Counted from the first letter of the stretch, positions 1-8,790 are shown. The stretch: DNA of 32,000 nt from Geobacter metallireducens GS-15 (GCF_000012925.1 NC_007517.1:2460001-2492000); one strand, 5' to 3'. Notes: generated by a model not told the origin, from the letters alone. A program made the numbers and translations.

Positions 1-75
1 GGCGATGCTGTCCAGCTGCTCCCGGAGGAACCGTTCACCGTTGTAGGTGCATATGGCGACAGACAGTTTCAGCAT
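1..75 (-). CDS. Glycosyltransferase family 2, first 25 codons only (gene runs off the window start)
   Basis: Too short for the ORF track. The reverse complement has ATG at 75-73 and reads MLKLSVAICTYNGERFLREQLDSIA, a typical GT2 N-terminus. It starts 6 nt after the stop of the upstream methyltransferase. Confidence 0.55.
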   Translation of the reverse strand, partial: MLKLSVAICTYNGERFLREQLDSIA

Positions 76-80
76 GGCAC

Positions 81-1118
81 TCACTTGACACCCATGAGAG
101 ATAATTCCTCTCCCTTGTGAGGGAACACTTTGAGCAGGCCCCACTCCACCAGCCGCATCAGCAGCATGAACAGCCTGCCGGACCGGCCCGGTTGCGATCC
201 CATGGCATACGTGCCCCGTCTACTGATGGAGTAGCTTGCCCAGAAAAGGGCGTGGGCATCGCGGATGGTGGTCCTGATTTCCATGTTGGTGAAGCCGGCC
301 TTGCGGGCCAGCGCCCGAATCGTTCTGACGTTGTAGAGGATCAGATGCCGGGGCGGGTCCAGGTGCAGCCAATGCCTCCCGAAGAGATGGCTGCCCATGG
401 ATTCGACGTTCGGGGTTACCAGACTGAGCACCCCGCCCGGTTTCAATATCCGGTAGCACTCGGTGAGCAGTTCCACAGGATTGGGAACATGCTCGATCAC
501 GTGGCTGATCATGACGGCGTCAAAGGTGTTGTCCCCGTAGGGCTGCTCCAGAAGGTCGCCCTGCGCCACATTCAGCCCCTTGCTCCTGGCATTGGCAACT
601 GCCGAAGGGTCAACGTCTATCCCTTCCGTCCGCCACCCCAGCGATCCCAGGTAGCTCAGCATCGTGCCGCTGCCGCATCCGATTTCCAGCAATCGCCCCC
701 CCGGCCTGCTTCGCAGGTACATCACGCTGAAATCCACATCGGCGCGTCGTCCCGGAAAGAGATACAGAAGTGTTCCCAAAAACCTCAGTGGGGACTGACG
801 CAGTTCGTTGAAATAGTCATATTTGAGGGCCAGATAGCAGTCCCTGACGCAATGGAATATTCTTTTCGCAACGCCTGCCGGGGGAGCCTGATTGTCCCCG
901 TGGGTGTAGTAGGAAGCGTACGCCTTCCAGATCTCATCCTTGCGGGGAGCAGGATTCAACCAAACAAGGCCGCAGTTATCATTAACGCACTTCTCAAGCG
1001 TCCATTTACCGGGCGCCCCGAAGAGCCTGTCTCCCAGATCCTCGTAGAGCGCATTCCCGTTCCTACCGCATAACAAGCAGTCACGCCTGGGTTCAGTGGT
1101 TATCCTGATGTTATCCAT
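81..1118 (-). CDS. Class I SAM-dependent methyltransferase with an N-terminal Cys-rich (zinc-ribbon-like) segment
   Basis: 345-aa ORF. Motif I is LLEIGCGSGTMLSYL, followed by DAVMISHVIEHV and LKPGGVL. The N-terminus has CLLCG...C..DNCGLVWLNP. GC is high, like the flanks. Confidence 0.85.
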   Translation of the reverse strand: MDNIRITTEPRRDCLLCGRNGNALYEDLGDRLFGAPGKWTLEKCVNDNCGLVWLNPAPRKDEIWKAYASYYTHGDNQAPPAGVAKRIFHCVRDCYLALKYDYFNELRQSPLRFLGTLLYLFPGRRADVDFSVMYLRSRPGGRLLEIGCGSGTMLSYLGSLGWRTEGIDVDPSAVANARSKGLNVAQGDLLEQPYGDNTFDAVMISHVIEHVPNPVELLTECYRILKPGGVLSLVTPNVESMGSHLFGRHWLHLDPPRHLILYNVRTIRALARKAGFTNMEIRTTIRDAHALFWASYSISRRGTYAMGSQPGRSGRLFMLLMRLVEWGLLKVFPHKGEELSLMGVK

Positions 1119-1255
1119 GCTCTAGCTTTCCGGATGGGGCCAAGTATCGTCTGGCCACCGGTCCGTCGGAGATACTTGCTCTGTTGTCCACCAACCAGGT
1201 TCGGCGACCTCATCAAGAGACACGTTTTGTTGTCCGAGAGCCTTAGCCACATGGC

Positions 1256-3907
1256 TTATCTGATAACAGCTGTTACGAGCGCGGCAGGTTCAAAGGTGAT
1301 AGATTCCAAAAATACATCTCCCGCAATAGAGATTGGCAGATCTCCCGTTGGGCCAGTTGTGCTTGCAACCAACACCCCATCAAAAATATAGCTCACATTA
1401 GTTCCCGACCGGCGAATTTCGAAAGTTTTTGTCAGTTCCTTCACACGTTGGAATCCTCCGGCAATCATGGTACCGTTGTTGTTCACTGTAAATATGTTGC
1501 TGCTGTCCACTTGGAAAAACAAGTGAGTGGTCCCATCGGAGAGTCCTACCTTAGGGGTGTTGCCTCCGGTCATCTGCGCAGTGATCCGTAGTGTACCATC
1601 GCCAAACTTTTGGCCTGATCGTAGCGACGTACCGCTCGCCACTTTCATCCGGCTACCCCATGAAAATGGCCATTTTGCCTCCACGAACCCCCCATCACGA
1701 AATTCATGCCCCCAGACAGGTTCACCGGAAGGTGGCCGCTGCCTACCGTCATAAGCTCCGTATACAACCCCATTTCTCACGACCAGACTCGAAAGCAACC
1801 CGATTATGTAGCCATCCCAGGCACCGTACCCCGGAGAAACGACCGTAGTCTTATTTGATACGTCCCAAGATTTCGGGTCGTTAGACCAGTACATGACAAT
1901 AGAATCTGTATATGCTGGCTCTGAATTCGGTTGCTGCACATGGTTTGCAAACAAGTAATAATACCCAGACAACGCGTCATGAATCAGCACGGGATTCTCA
2001 ATACCTTCTCGCCCATCAATAACGCTAGTCCTATGATCCCAGGGGCCAGACGGGTCAAGAGCGTTTGCATATCCCAAGGCCGCGGCTGAGTACAGACAAT
2101 TATACTTGGTGCCGTCGTACCAAACGGTATTGATCAATGCCTCGTCTTGGTCAAATTCCCCTTTCCTCAGAGGTAGAACCACTCCTTTCTTGGTATACGG
2201 TCCTGTTATCGCAGAAGCAGTTGCTAACATTCCATTATACGGAGTAAGAGGTACACCCAAGACAATGTTGGGAGTACCCAGGTAGTACATATAAAATGTT
2301 GAACCAATTTTCGTTACATATGCGCCACTAGCTGATCCCGAATCCTCCTCTAGGCTAGGCTGCAAGATCGGTCCCAGCTTTAACCAGTTGGACAAATCTT
2401 GGCTTTTTGCCTGACAGACACCCCATCCTTGGAACCCGTCAAGAGTTCCCTCATCGTCACAATCGTAATAGGCGTAATACCATCCATCTTCGTATAGGAG
2501 TGAATTGATATCACGCACATTTTTCCAGTCGTAATAACCTGGGGTACGGCTCAACAAAGGGTTGTTTCTGAACTTCAGGAATTCTGGCTTCGGCATCGCC
2601 ATGATGGTCGGAGTCGGACCGGTAACAACGAATGCGGCCGTTGAACTGCCGTCAACATAGAAAGGATAAATGTTCTCTCTGTTCGACTTTGGAGAGACAG
2701 ATTCGTTCGGATTGCCATAGTAGAGACAATACCCACTGTCTGCGCCATTTGCCGCAATCGCTACCTGTACCTTGAAATGAATGGTCCCGGTATCAGCCAG
2801 AGCTCTATCTATCTCCTGGTTGTCATAGAAAAGTCGCAAGTCGTTACGGTCGGACCGCAACAGCCCCTCAGAGATTAGTGCCCTAGAGTCAATCGTGAGT
2901 GATGCAACAGCCCCCGCGGCTATGCCGGAGAGCCCTCCATTAATTGTTATTTGCCGTACCACAGAATAACCGGATGAAAAATGTTGAAACAGATTCACTA
3001 AAGGCATGTCCGTCGGTAAGCCGTACGATACAACTTGTGGCGAGCCATTGGAGCTGTTTAGGATGTACCATTTCCCTGCCGACGGCCGGTATACAGCTTC
3101 GTCAGTCTTGCCGTCGCCGTCGTAGTCGCCGGGAGCCGGAATGTCGCTACCGATTCCGTAATTCACAACATGCTGTGTGTTATTTGAACTGTACAAAATA
3201 TACCAGTTGCCCTCTGATGGACGGAACATGGCTACATCAGTCTTACCATCACCGTCATAGTCGCCGGGTACTGCGATATCGCCACTAATTCCATAGCTAA
3301 TGACATTTTGAGAGCCGTTAGAGCTGCTCAAGATGTACCACTTGCCTTCTGATGGCCGGTATACAGCTTCGTCGGTTTTGCCGTCGCCGTCAAAATCGCC
3401 AAAAACAGGAATATCACCGCTAATTCCGTAATTCACAACATGCTGTGTGTTATTTGAACTGTATAAAAGGTACCAGTTGCCCTCTGATGGACGAAACATG
3501 GCTACATCGGTCTTACCATCTCCGTCATAGTCGCCGGGAACTGCGATATCGCCACTAATTCCATAGTTAATAACATTTTGAGAGCCATTAGAACTCCTCA
3601 AGATGTACCACCTTCCTTCTGATGGCCGGTATACAGCTTCGTCGGTTTTGCCGTCGCCGTCAAAATCGCCAAAAACTGGAATATCACCACTGATTCCGTA
3701 ATTCACAACATGCTGTGTGTTATTTGAACTGTACAAAATGTACCATTTGCCCTCTGATGGACGAAACATGGCTACATCGGTCTTACCATCACCGTCATAG
3801 TCAACGATTTTGGGAATCATGATTGCAGATGCAATCGAAGTCACAAGTGTAACGCTAATTAGGGTTAACAACGTACTGGCAAGTAAAGTCGCAAGAGTTT
3901 TTGTCAT
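1256..3907 (-). CDS. Secreted multidomain protein: signal peptide, 6 FG-GAP/VCBS-type Ca-binding repeats, DUF2341-like module, beta-propeller glycoside-hydrolase-like region, ConA/LamG-like C-terminus
   Basis: 883-aa ORF with AGGAGG 6 nt upstream of the ATG at 3907. The hydrophobic N-terminus ends in SIASA. D[YF]DGDGKTD...RPSEGKWYIL...YGISGDIP occurs six times. The central segment LRLFYDNQEIDRAL...YCLYYGNPNES is DUF2341-like. The region WYYAYYD / FYMYYLG / YYYLFANH resembles 5-bladed GH43/32/68-type propellers. The hydrolase family assignment is uncertain. Confidence 0.8.
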   Translation of the reverse strand: MTKTLATLLASTLLTLISVTLVTSIASAIMIPKIVDYDGDGKTDVAMFRPSEGKWYILYSSNNTQHVVNYGISGDIPVFGDFDGDGKTDEAVYRPSEGRWYILRSSNGSQNVINYGISGDIAVPGDYDGDGKTDVAMFRPSEGNWYLLYSSNNTQHVVNYGISGDIPVFGDFDGDGKTDEAVYRPSEGKWYILSSSNGSQNVISYGISGDIAVPGDYDGDGKTDVAMFRPSEGNWYILYSSNNTQHVVNYGIGSDIPAPGDYDGDGKTDEAVYRPSAGKWYILNSSNGSPQVVSYGLPTDMPLVNLFQHFSSGYSVVRQITINGGLSGIAAGAVASLTIDSRALISEGLLRSDRNDLRLFYDNQEIDRALADTGTIHFKVQVAIAANGADSGYCLYYGNPNESVSPKSNRENIYPFYVDGSSTAAFVVTGPTPTIMAMPKPEFLKFRNNPLLSRTPGYYDWKNVRDINSLLYEDGWYYAYYDCDDEGTLDGFQGWGVCQAKSQDLSNWLKLGPILQPSLEEDSGSASGAYVTKIGSTFYMYYLGTPNIVLGVPLTPYNGMLATASAITGPYTKKGVVLPLRKGEFDQDEALINTVWYDGTKYNCLYSAAALGYANALDPSGPWDHRTSVIDGREGIENPVLIHDALSGYYYLFANHVQQPNSEPAYTDSIVMYWSNDPKSWDVSNKTTVVSPGYGAWDGYIIGLLSSLVVRNGVVYGAYDGRQRPPSGEPVWGHEFRDGGFVEAKWPFSWGSRMKVASGTSLRSGQKFGDGTLRITAQMTGGNTPKVGLSDGTTHLFFQVDSSNIFTVNNNGTMIAGGFQRVKELTKTFEIRRSGTNVSYIFDGVLVASTTGPTGDLPISIAGDVFLESITFEPAALVTAVIR
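2992..3805 (-). repeat. In-frame tandem repeat: 270-nt unit (two alternating 45-codon FG-GAP repeat types), about 3 copies
   Basis: The string attccgtaattcacaacatgctgtgtgttatttgaactgta recurs at 3153, 3423 and 3693, exactly 270 nt apart. Aligned units differ at only a few positions per 100 nt by eye. Confidence 0.9.
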
Positions 3908-4031
3908 CTCGAACCTCCTAACGTACCTTTAGAATAATAAGTGAAAGTTCAGTGTTAGTAGTGCAATCTTGTGGTTGCTATATAATACTGCTTGGATTAA
4001 GTCATAGTGTCATATGATTAAATATTTGTTC

Positions 4032-5099
4032 CTATAAAGTTCTAACCGATAAATTCACATCTGCTAACGTGTAACTGTCAGCCTCTCCAATATTACCGCT
4101 GATACCGTCCAATAACGCGTCATAAAAAATCCGCAACCGAGAATAATTAAATTTACTCAGCACGAAACATACGCATATCGCGTAGTAGATCAATAAATTG
4201 CAGATAAATATAGTTTTGTTGTTGCAATGTTGATTCAAATGGAAATGTATTGCATTTCTAAAGGTGTAATACAGTCTCACCTTGTCATAAATATTGGCAT
4301 AAATACTAAAGATATTGGCGGTCATCTCAGATCTGTCATCCATGTCATATATTTTGGCATCCAATAATGCGAGAATCATTCCGCCGTTTAAAGGTATACG
4401 ATACGTAAATTCACAGTCATCAGCATAGATGACATAGTCTTCGTTTGGATATCCGATAACCTCGAGTAGACTTTTATGAAAAAACAGGCCTCCATAGGGT
4501 GCAAAGTTTGTTGTCCTGTAATTGGTTCCGCGACCGCTCAGGCTGGCTTTGGGTAACTTAAAAAGCCTGGCGCATGTGTTTCTGATAATTTCACCAACAT
4601 GGAACCCCAAGAAACTGTTCGGCTTCCCGAGCAATAGCCAAGGGTTATCCTGAGCGACAACTCTTTCATTGATTCCCAAATGTACCCTGTTGCAAGCCAG
4701 AGCCGTTAGTTCATGCTTGTAAGCTAGGTTAGTCCAATATGATTCCAGGACTTCAATCAGATCCAAGTCTGGCAGGTTATCGTCGTCCAGAAGCAAAATG
4801 TATTCATACCCCTCCAACTGGTTGGCTTTTATCAATCCAGCCTTGAATGCTTTTGCTGATCCGACATTCTCTGCCATGGTTATACTATCAATGAGCTCGT
4901 TATGGTATTGAGATGCAGCGGTATCCAACAGGGCTTTAGTGGAGCAGCTCGAGTTATTGTCCACGAGGACTATTTTCTTTATGTTAAGCTGTGCTATTCG
5001 TTCCAGCAGTCTTGATACATAAACTGATCTATCCCCATAGGTGACCGTCACTACAACTATTTTTTCTGCAAATATATCAGTTGCTCTAGGTTCGCTCAT
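4032..5099 (-). CDS. Glycosyltransferase family 2 (rhamnosyltransferase-like)
   Basis: 355-aa ORF. It has VVVTVTYGDRS near the N-terminus, LLLDDDN (DxD region) and a hydrophobic C-terminal segment. GC is very low (sampled lines 27-38%). The ATG lies 2 nt after the upstream gene's stop. Confidence 0.85.
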   Translation of the reverse strand: MSEPRATDIFAEKIVVVTVTYGDRSVYVSRLLERIAQLNIKKIVLVDNNSSCSTKALLDTAASQYHNELIDSITMAENVGSAKAFKAGLIKANQLEGYEYILLLDDDNLPDLDLIEVLESYWTNLAYKHELTALACNRVHLGINERVVAQDNPWLLLGKPNSFLGFHVGEIIRNTCARLFKLPKASLSGRGTNYRTTNFAPYGGLFFHKSLLEVIGYPNEDYVIYADDCEFTYRIPLNGGMILALLDAKIYDMDDRSEMTANIFSIYANIYDKVRLYYTFRNAIHFHLNQHCNNKTIFICNLLIYYAICVCFVLSKFNYSRLRIFYDALLDGISGNIGEADSYTLADVNLSVRTL

Positions 5100-5101
5100 G
5101 A

Positions 5102-5698
5102 CTATTTTTGCAACTCAAACTTGATTTCGAATGCCGGAAACATAAAGCAGAAACACTCTTCATAAAATTCCTGGGTCCATTTTGAGCGATTTACAATTTT
5201 CTGCACGATCCTCTTGGGGAACTTTCGCGAGTTAAAGATCGAATAAAATACTATTTCCAACTTAATAATTTCGAAATCCAAATCATTGTAAAAAACTGGA
5301 ACAGTCCGCTTGAAAAATTGCTTTTTTGAAAGATAGGAAAACGAATACAGGCCAAACTGAGTCTTATGAGTGTAATCACTATAGAAATACGGATTAGAAA
5401 AATGTGGTACGGTTCCACTAAATTTTCCGCCCTTTTTAAGTATCCTGTATGATTCCTTAAAGAACAGATCAATACTAGTAAGGTGTTCCAGAAAATGATG
5501 TGAAACGATTCCGTCAACACTGTTATCATCAAAAAAAGGGAAACCTTTATTAAGGTCTGCCACAATATCAACTCCATCCATGTTGATAATATCAATAGCG
5601 ATCGAATCAGCCATTCGTTTGGACTCACCACAGCCGCATTCTATGATTACCGAAGGCTTTTTGTTAATCGTTTTCATGACACCGGTTTTATCGTGCAT
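5102..5698 (-). CDS. Class I SAM-dependent methyltransferase (Methyltransf_11-like)
   Basis: The ORF runs 5102-5731 (TTG). I prefer the ATG at 5698 (MHDKTG...). Motif I is VIIECGCGES, followed by DGIVSHHFLEHL and LKKGGKF. The start is uncertain (5731, 5698 or 5677). Confidence 0.8.
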   Translation of the reverse strand: MHDKTGVMKTINKKPSVIIECGCGESKRMADSIAIDIINMDGVDIVADLNKGFPFFDDNSVDGIVSHHFLEHLTSIDLFFKESYRILKKGGKFSGTVPHFSNPYFYSDYTHKTQFGLYSFSYLSKKQFFKRTVPVFYNDLDFEIIKLEIVFYSIFNSRKFPKRIVQKIVNRSKWTQEFYEECFCFMFPAFEIKFELQK

Positions 5699-5743
5699 AA
5701 TCAGGCCTTTTAGATCAAAATATAGCAACAAAGTCGCTTGCGA

Positions 5744-7192
5744 TTAACTATGCAAGAACACCGTCCGTATTTCTCTAAATAACTTGCCCCTATCTGCTAA
5801 TATGAAAAATACGAGATAAACAATAATGCCGAATACTGAATTAATTATAAGCAAAACCGGAGTCATGTGAATCGCCTGCTTTAGCAATGTCATGGCAATG
5901 CCCATAACTACTACGGAAGCTATGGGTAGCTTTATAACATCTACAAATTCGGCCAAATCAACATTTATCTCTCTTTTTATAATCGGAATATAGACAAAAT
6001 ATTGAGTTGCATAAGCAAGCGTGACGGCTATTGCAACTCCTTCAATTCCATAATAGTTTATTGCAGGATAAATAAGGCTAAGCTCTACCACTGTGACAAT
6101 AAGTATTGCTTTCATAAAAAGCTGAGGTTTGCCAATTCCCATCACCACGTTTCCGATCGGTTCCAATAGTGACCTCAAGACTCCGTACAAGCAAAATATC
6201 TGGAAAGTAATGACCGCTGGCAACCATCTATCGGTCCCTCGCCCGAGAATATAAAAAAGGAACTCTCTTCCCTCTATGAATAAAATCGCATTCGCAGGCA
6301 CTGCCAAGAAAGCTATATATTGCAATGAAGTAAGATATGCCTTTTTCATAGAGGATGTTTCGTACTGAAGCTTTGAAAATGTCGGGAACAGTACCTTATG
6401 AAACATGCCCCCCATTAGCACACAAACCATCGATCCCCAGTTAAACGCAATCGAGTAATAACCCAACTGTTCGATTCCGGACAAAGAGCCGATAAGAAAG
6501 TTATCCGTATTAAATATTACAAATACAATGATCCCCGGGAGCAGAAGACTCCAACCAAAACCCAAGAGTTGCCTGGCAATAGAGCTATCAAAGACAACCC
6601 TGAGGGAAACCGGCTTTATAATGACCAGCATTGCGGCATTCAACAAATTTGACAACAAGCTGGCGCCAACTACGCTCCAATAACCGAATCCGAGATACGC
6701 CATGTATACTGAACATATCGAACTCCCGACGAGTGCCAATGTCTGCGGGCCTACGAGTTTCTTATAGTCCAGGTTCCTGGTCAGCACCACTTGCGGCAAA
6801 AAAATGAATATGGAGATCAGGAAATTTAATGATAATGCCCTGATTACTGTTGGTATTTCATGCTGGCCATTAAAATAGTATGACAGAGGTGCCGCAATAA
6901 TAATCAATGCGAATATTATAAGACTTAGTATTACTTTTAACGTAAATGCCGTGTACAAAGTAGTGCTATCGATTTCTTTTTTTTGAACCACAGCATTGTT
7001 GATACCGAAATCACAAAACTGGATCATGAAATTACTGAATATCTGCGCAAATCCTACAATGCCATAATCTTGTGGTGTCAGAATTCGAGCCAAATATATC
7101 GTTGTGACAAATTGTATAATTGCCGCCAAAATAGTGGCTATTGAATTATAACCGATGTTATTGACTGTCTTAGCTATCAGCTCTCTATGCAT
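5744..7192 (-). CDS. wzx: Oligosaccharide/polysaccharide flippase, Wzx (MOP superfamily)
   Basis: 482-aa ORF that is hydrophobic throughout, with about 12 predicted helices by eye. The N-terminus NSIATILAAIIQFVTTIYLARILTPQDYGIVGF is typical of Polysacc_synt proteins. GC is low. Confidence 0.85.
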   Translation of the reverse strand: MHRELIAKTVNNIGYNSIATILAAIIQFVTTIYLARILTPQDYGIVGFAQIFSNFMIQFCDFGINNAVVQKKEIDSTTLYTAFTLKVILSLIIFALIIIAAPLSYYFNGQHEIPTVIRALSLNFLISIFIFLPQVVLTRNLDYKKLVGPQTLALVGSSICSVYMAYLGFGYWSVVGASLLSNLLNAAMLVIIKPVSLRVVFDSSIARQLLGFGWSLLLPGIIVFVIFNTDNFLIGSLSGIEQLGYYSIAFNWGSMVCVLMGGMFHKVLFPTFSKLQYETSSMKKAYLTSLQYIAFLAVPANAILFIEGREFLFYILGRGTDRWLPAVITFQIFCLYGVLRSLLEPIGNVVMGIGKPQLFMKAILIVTVVELSLIYPAINYYGIEGVAIAVTLAYATQYFVYIPIIKREINVDLAEFVDVIKLPIASVVVMGIAMTLLKQAIHMTPVLLIINSVFGIIVYLVFFILADRGKLFREIRTVFLHS

Positions 7193-7428
7193 TTGCAGAA
7201 ATGTCTCCGCCCGAGCCCCATGTCGAACAGGCTAAAATAACCAATCAGCATCCAGACAATGGTGATTACAGCAAAGCGATCTGTGCCGAGATGCTTGATG
7301 AGAACCGGAATCGTGACAAGTCCGACGCCCATGGGGACTATTTGGCCTACCAGATTGAGTGTGGCGTTTCTGGCAATCGAGCAACCGCTGGTGAAACTCT
7401 TTGCATTTATGACAGGCCGGTCGTTCAT
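7177..7428 (-). pseudogene. 5' stub (about 74 homologous codons) of a second, high-GC Wzx-type flippase, truncated at the GC switch
   Basis: From Met52 (ATG 7428), ORF 7177-7581 reads MNDRPVINAKSFTSGCSIARNATLNLVGQIVPMGVGLVTIPVLIKHLGTDRFAVITIVWMLIGYFSLFDMGLGR. This is a textbook Wzx N-terminus (TM1-TM2). Nine unrelated codons (RHFCKCIES) and a stop follow. The tail overlaps the ATG of the intact low-GC wzx. Confidence 0.6.
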
Positions 7429-7514
7429 AGATTTCTGATATCCCGTTTTGAGTAATGGCTTGAAAGGGCATGATTTTTCCAATTCAAGCGCCCGAACATG
7501 CATTCCTTCAGGCA

Positions 7515-8744
7515 CTATTCGTTTTGCAAAGTGAGCTTCTGTTTTTTCCAGAACAACAGCCGGCTTTTCAACTCGAACCACCGCATCTTGTCCTGCTCGG
7601 ACATCCTGTCGAGATGTTCGAGCACGAACGAAAGGTAGATCGAGCAGAGGAACGCCGTAAGTGCGGCAACCAGCACGATCAGCGTGCGATGGGGTTTGCT
7701 TTTCTTCTCGGGCACTTTTGCCACCTGGAGCACCTGGAACGGCGAAACATCCTTGACCTCGGACATCCTTGCCACTTCATACTGCTTTGCAAGCAGCTCA
7801 ACCATTGTCTCCTGGATCTTGAAATCCCGCATCAGCCGCAGGTACTGCTGTCCCAGCTGCGGCATGCTCCCCACCGACGGAATGGCGCTGCCTCCGCCGC
7901 CATTCCCTTCGAGCCTGGCGATCTGGGCCTGCAGTCTGCCGATGGCGGCCTTGGACGTTCTCACTTCCTGGCTCGAATCGGTGAACTGGCTCCGGTAAGC
8001 GGAAAGTTGCACTTCCTGGGCGGCAAGCTGGGCACGCAGTTGCGCCACGCCATCGATCGTGGCTTTCGCCTGATCGCTTACCGATACGGCCTTGTTTTTC
8101 GACTGAAAGGCCTTGAGCGCATCCTCAGCCTTGGCAAGATCGACACGGGCCGAGGCAAGCCGTTTTTCCAGATACATCCTGTCATTGCCCGCAGACGCCA
8201 TGTTGAGCCGATTTGCCAGCCTCCCCAACTCCTCCACGTAGGCGTTGGCCATCTCCGCCGCGCGCCTGGGGTCCCTGTCATCCACGGCAATGGTGATGAT
8301 GCCGTCCTTTTTTCCCACCGTGACCGCAACATTTCTGTCCAGCGCTCCATAGGCTTCGGTCCGGTACTTCGCCTCGTAGGCTTCCAACAGCCTGAAGCGG
8401 TCAATGAGCGGGTCCCTGATGGTTTCGCCATTGAGCATGGCCAGATACACGTCGGCCTTGGAGGGGTTGCCGAGCCCGATCCGTCCGACTCCGGCCAGGC
8501 CGGCCAGTTGGCCAAGAGCGGCTCCCACCCCTTCGCGATCGTCCTCCAGCGGCAGGATCATGGACCGTGCCGTGTAGAGGTTCGGCAGCATCAGCGTGTA
8601 AATCACGGCGACAAGGGCCGCAGCGAGGGTGATGCAGGCAGTCAGCCGCCAGTGCTTGATGATTACGGCCGCGAAATCAAGCAGAGTGAACAGGGGTTTC
8701 GAGGTGCGGGTATCGTCAGTTGAATTTTCTGAATGCAGCATCAT
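7515..8744 (-). CDS. Polysaccharide co-polymerase / chain-length determinant (Wzz domain), no kinase domain
   Basis: 409-aa ORF. It has an N-terminal TM (WRLTACITLAAALVAVIYTLMLP), then YTARSMILP, a long coiled-coil periplasmic region and a C-terminal TM (LIVLVAALTAFLCSIYLSFVL). GGAG lies 5 nt upstream of the ATG. Confidence 0.85.
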   Translation of the reverse strand: MMLHSENSTDDTRTSKPLFTLLDFAAVIIKHWRLTACITLAAALVAVIYTLMLPNLYTARSMILPLEDDREGVGAALGQLAGLAGVGRIGLGNPSKADVYLAMLNGETIRDPLIDRFRLLEAYEAKYRTEAYGALDRNVAVTVGKKDGIITIAVDDRDPRRAAEMANAYVEELGRLANRLNMASAGNDRMYLEKRLASARVDLAKAEDALKAFQSKNKAVSVSDQAKATIDGVAQLRAQLAAQEVQLSAYRSQFTDSSQEVRTSKAAIGRLQAQIARLEGNGGGGSAIPSVGSMPQLGQQYLRLMRDFKIQETMVELLAKQYEVARMSEVKDVSPFQVLQVAKVPEKKSKPHRTLIVLVAALTAFLCSIYLSFVLEHLDRMSEQDKMRWFELKSRLLFWKKQKLTLQNE

Positions 8745-8790
8745 ATGAACTCCGCGAATCCTTGTAGGTTTTCCCTTTCCGCCGCCATCG

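Noticed and set aside
1119-1255. GTG-initiated roughly 41-codon minus-strand ORF (VAKALGQQNVSLDEVAEPGWWTTEQVSPTDRWPDDTWPHPES) in the gap between the 883-aa gene and the methyltransferase
   Set aside because: It has no RBS, no recognisable family and a non-canonical start. It may be junction debris of the cassette, but I cannot call it a gene.
1256-1300. C-terminal ...ITFEPAALVTAVIR* of the 883-aa protein as a PEP-CTERM sorting signal
   Set aside because: It has an EP motif followed by hydrophobic residues and Arg. However, the hydrophobic run is only about 8 residues and there is a single basic residue, which is too short for the exosortase signal. It could be a truncated vestige at the cassette edge, but that cannot be supported from this sequence.
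2992-3805. Possible CRISPR-like or non-coding repeat array (also 11648-12490)
   Set aside because: The repeat periods (270 and 279 nt) are multiples of three. The repeats lie wholly inside long ORFs and encode FG-GAP and Fn3 domains. There is no short repeat/spacer structure anywhere in the window.
3908-4031. AT-rich gap with TATATA/TATTAT elements as a promoter for the 883-aa gene
   Set aside because: This is plausible, since it is the only gap inside the cassette. However, I could not pair a convincing -35 at proper spacing, so the call would be arbitrary in DNA this AT-rich.
5251-5631. 126-aa ORF nested in the methyltransferase gene; small ORFs 220-459, 2575-2757, 7232-7471, 8078-8515, 10385-10783 and others
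   Set aside because: They overlap better-supported genes in alternative frames and have no motifs.
7470-8723. Long plus-strand ORFs opposite real minus-strand genes: 117-1073, 7470-8723, 9160-9714, 9940-11139, 11438-12472, 12671-13510 and 21161-22087. Also 24520-25173, 24957-25640, 26812-27969, 29405-29998 and 30813-31532, plus the minus-strand 15602-16333 opposite cfa.
   Set aside because: Their translations are low-complexity, Arg/Gly/Pro-rich or otherwise unlike any family. Each lies antisense to an ORF with strong family motifs. Such shadow ORFs are expected in GC-rich DNA. The full-length 385-aa ORF antisense to the ACAD at 26812-27969 is striking but has no recognisable motif or RBS.
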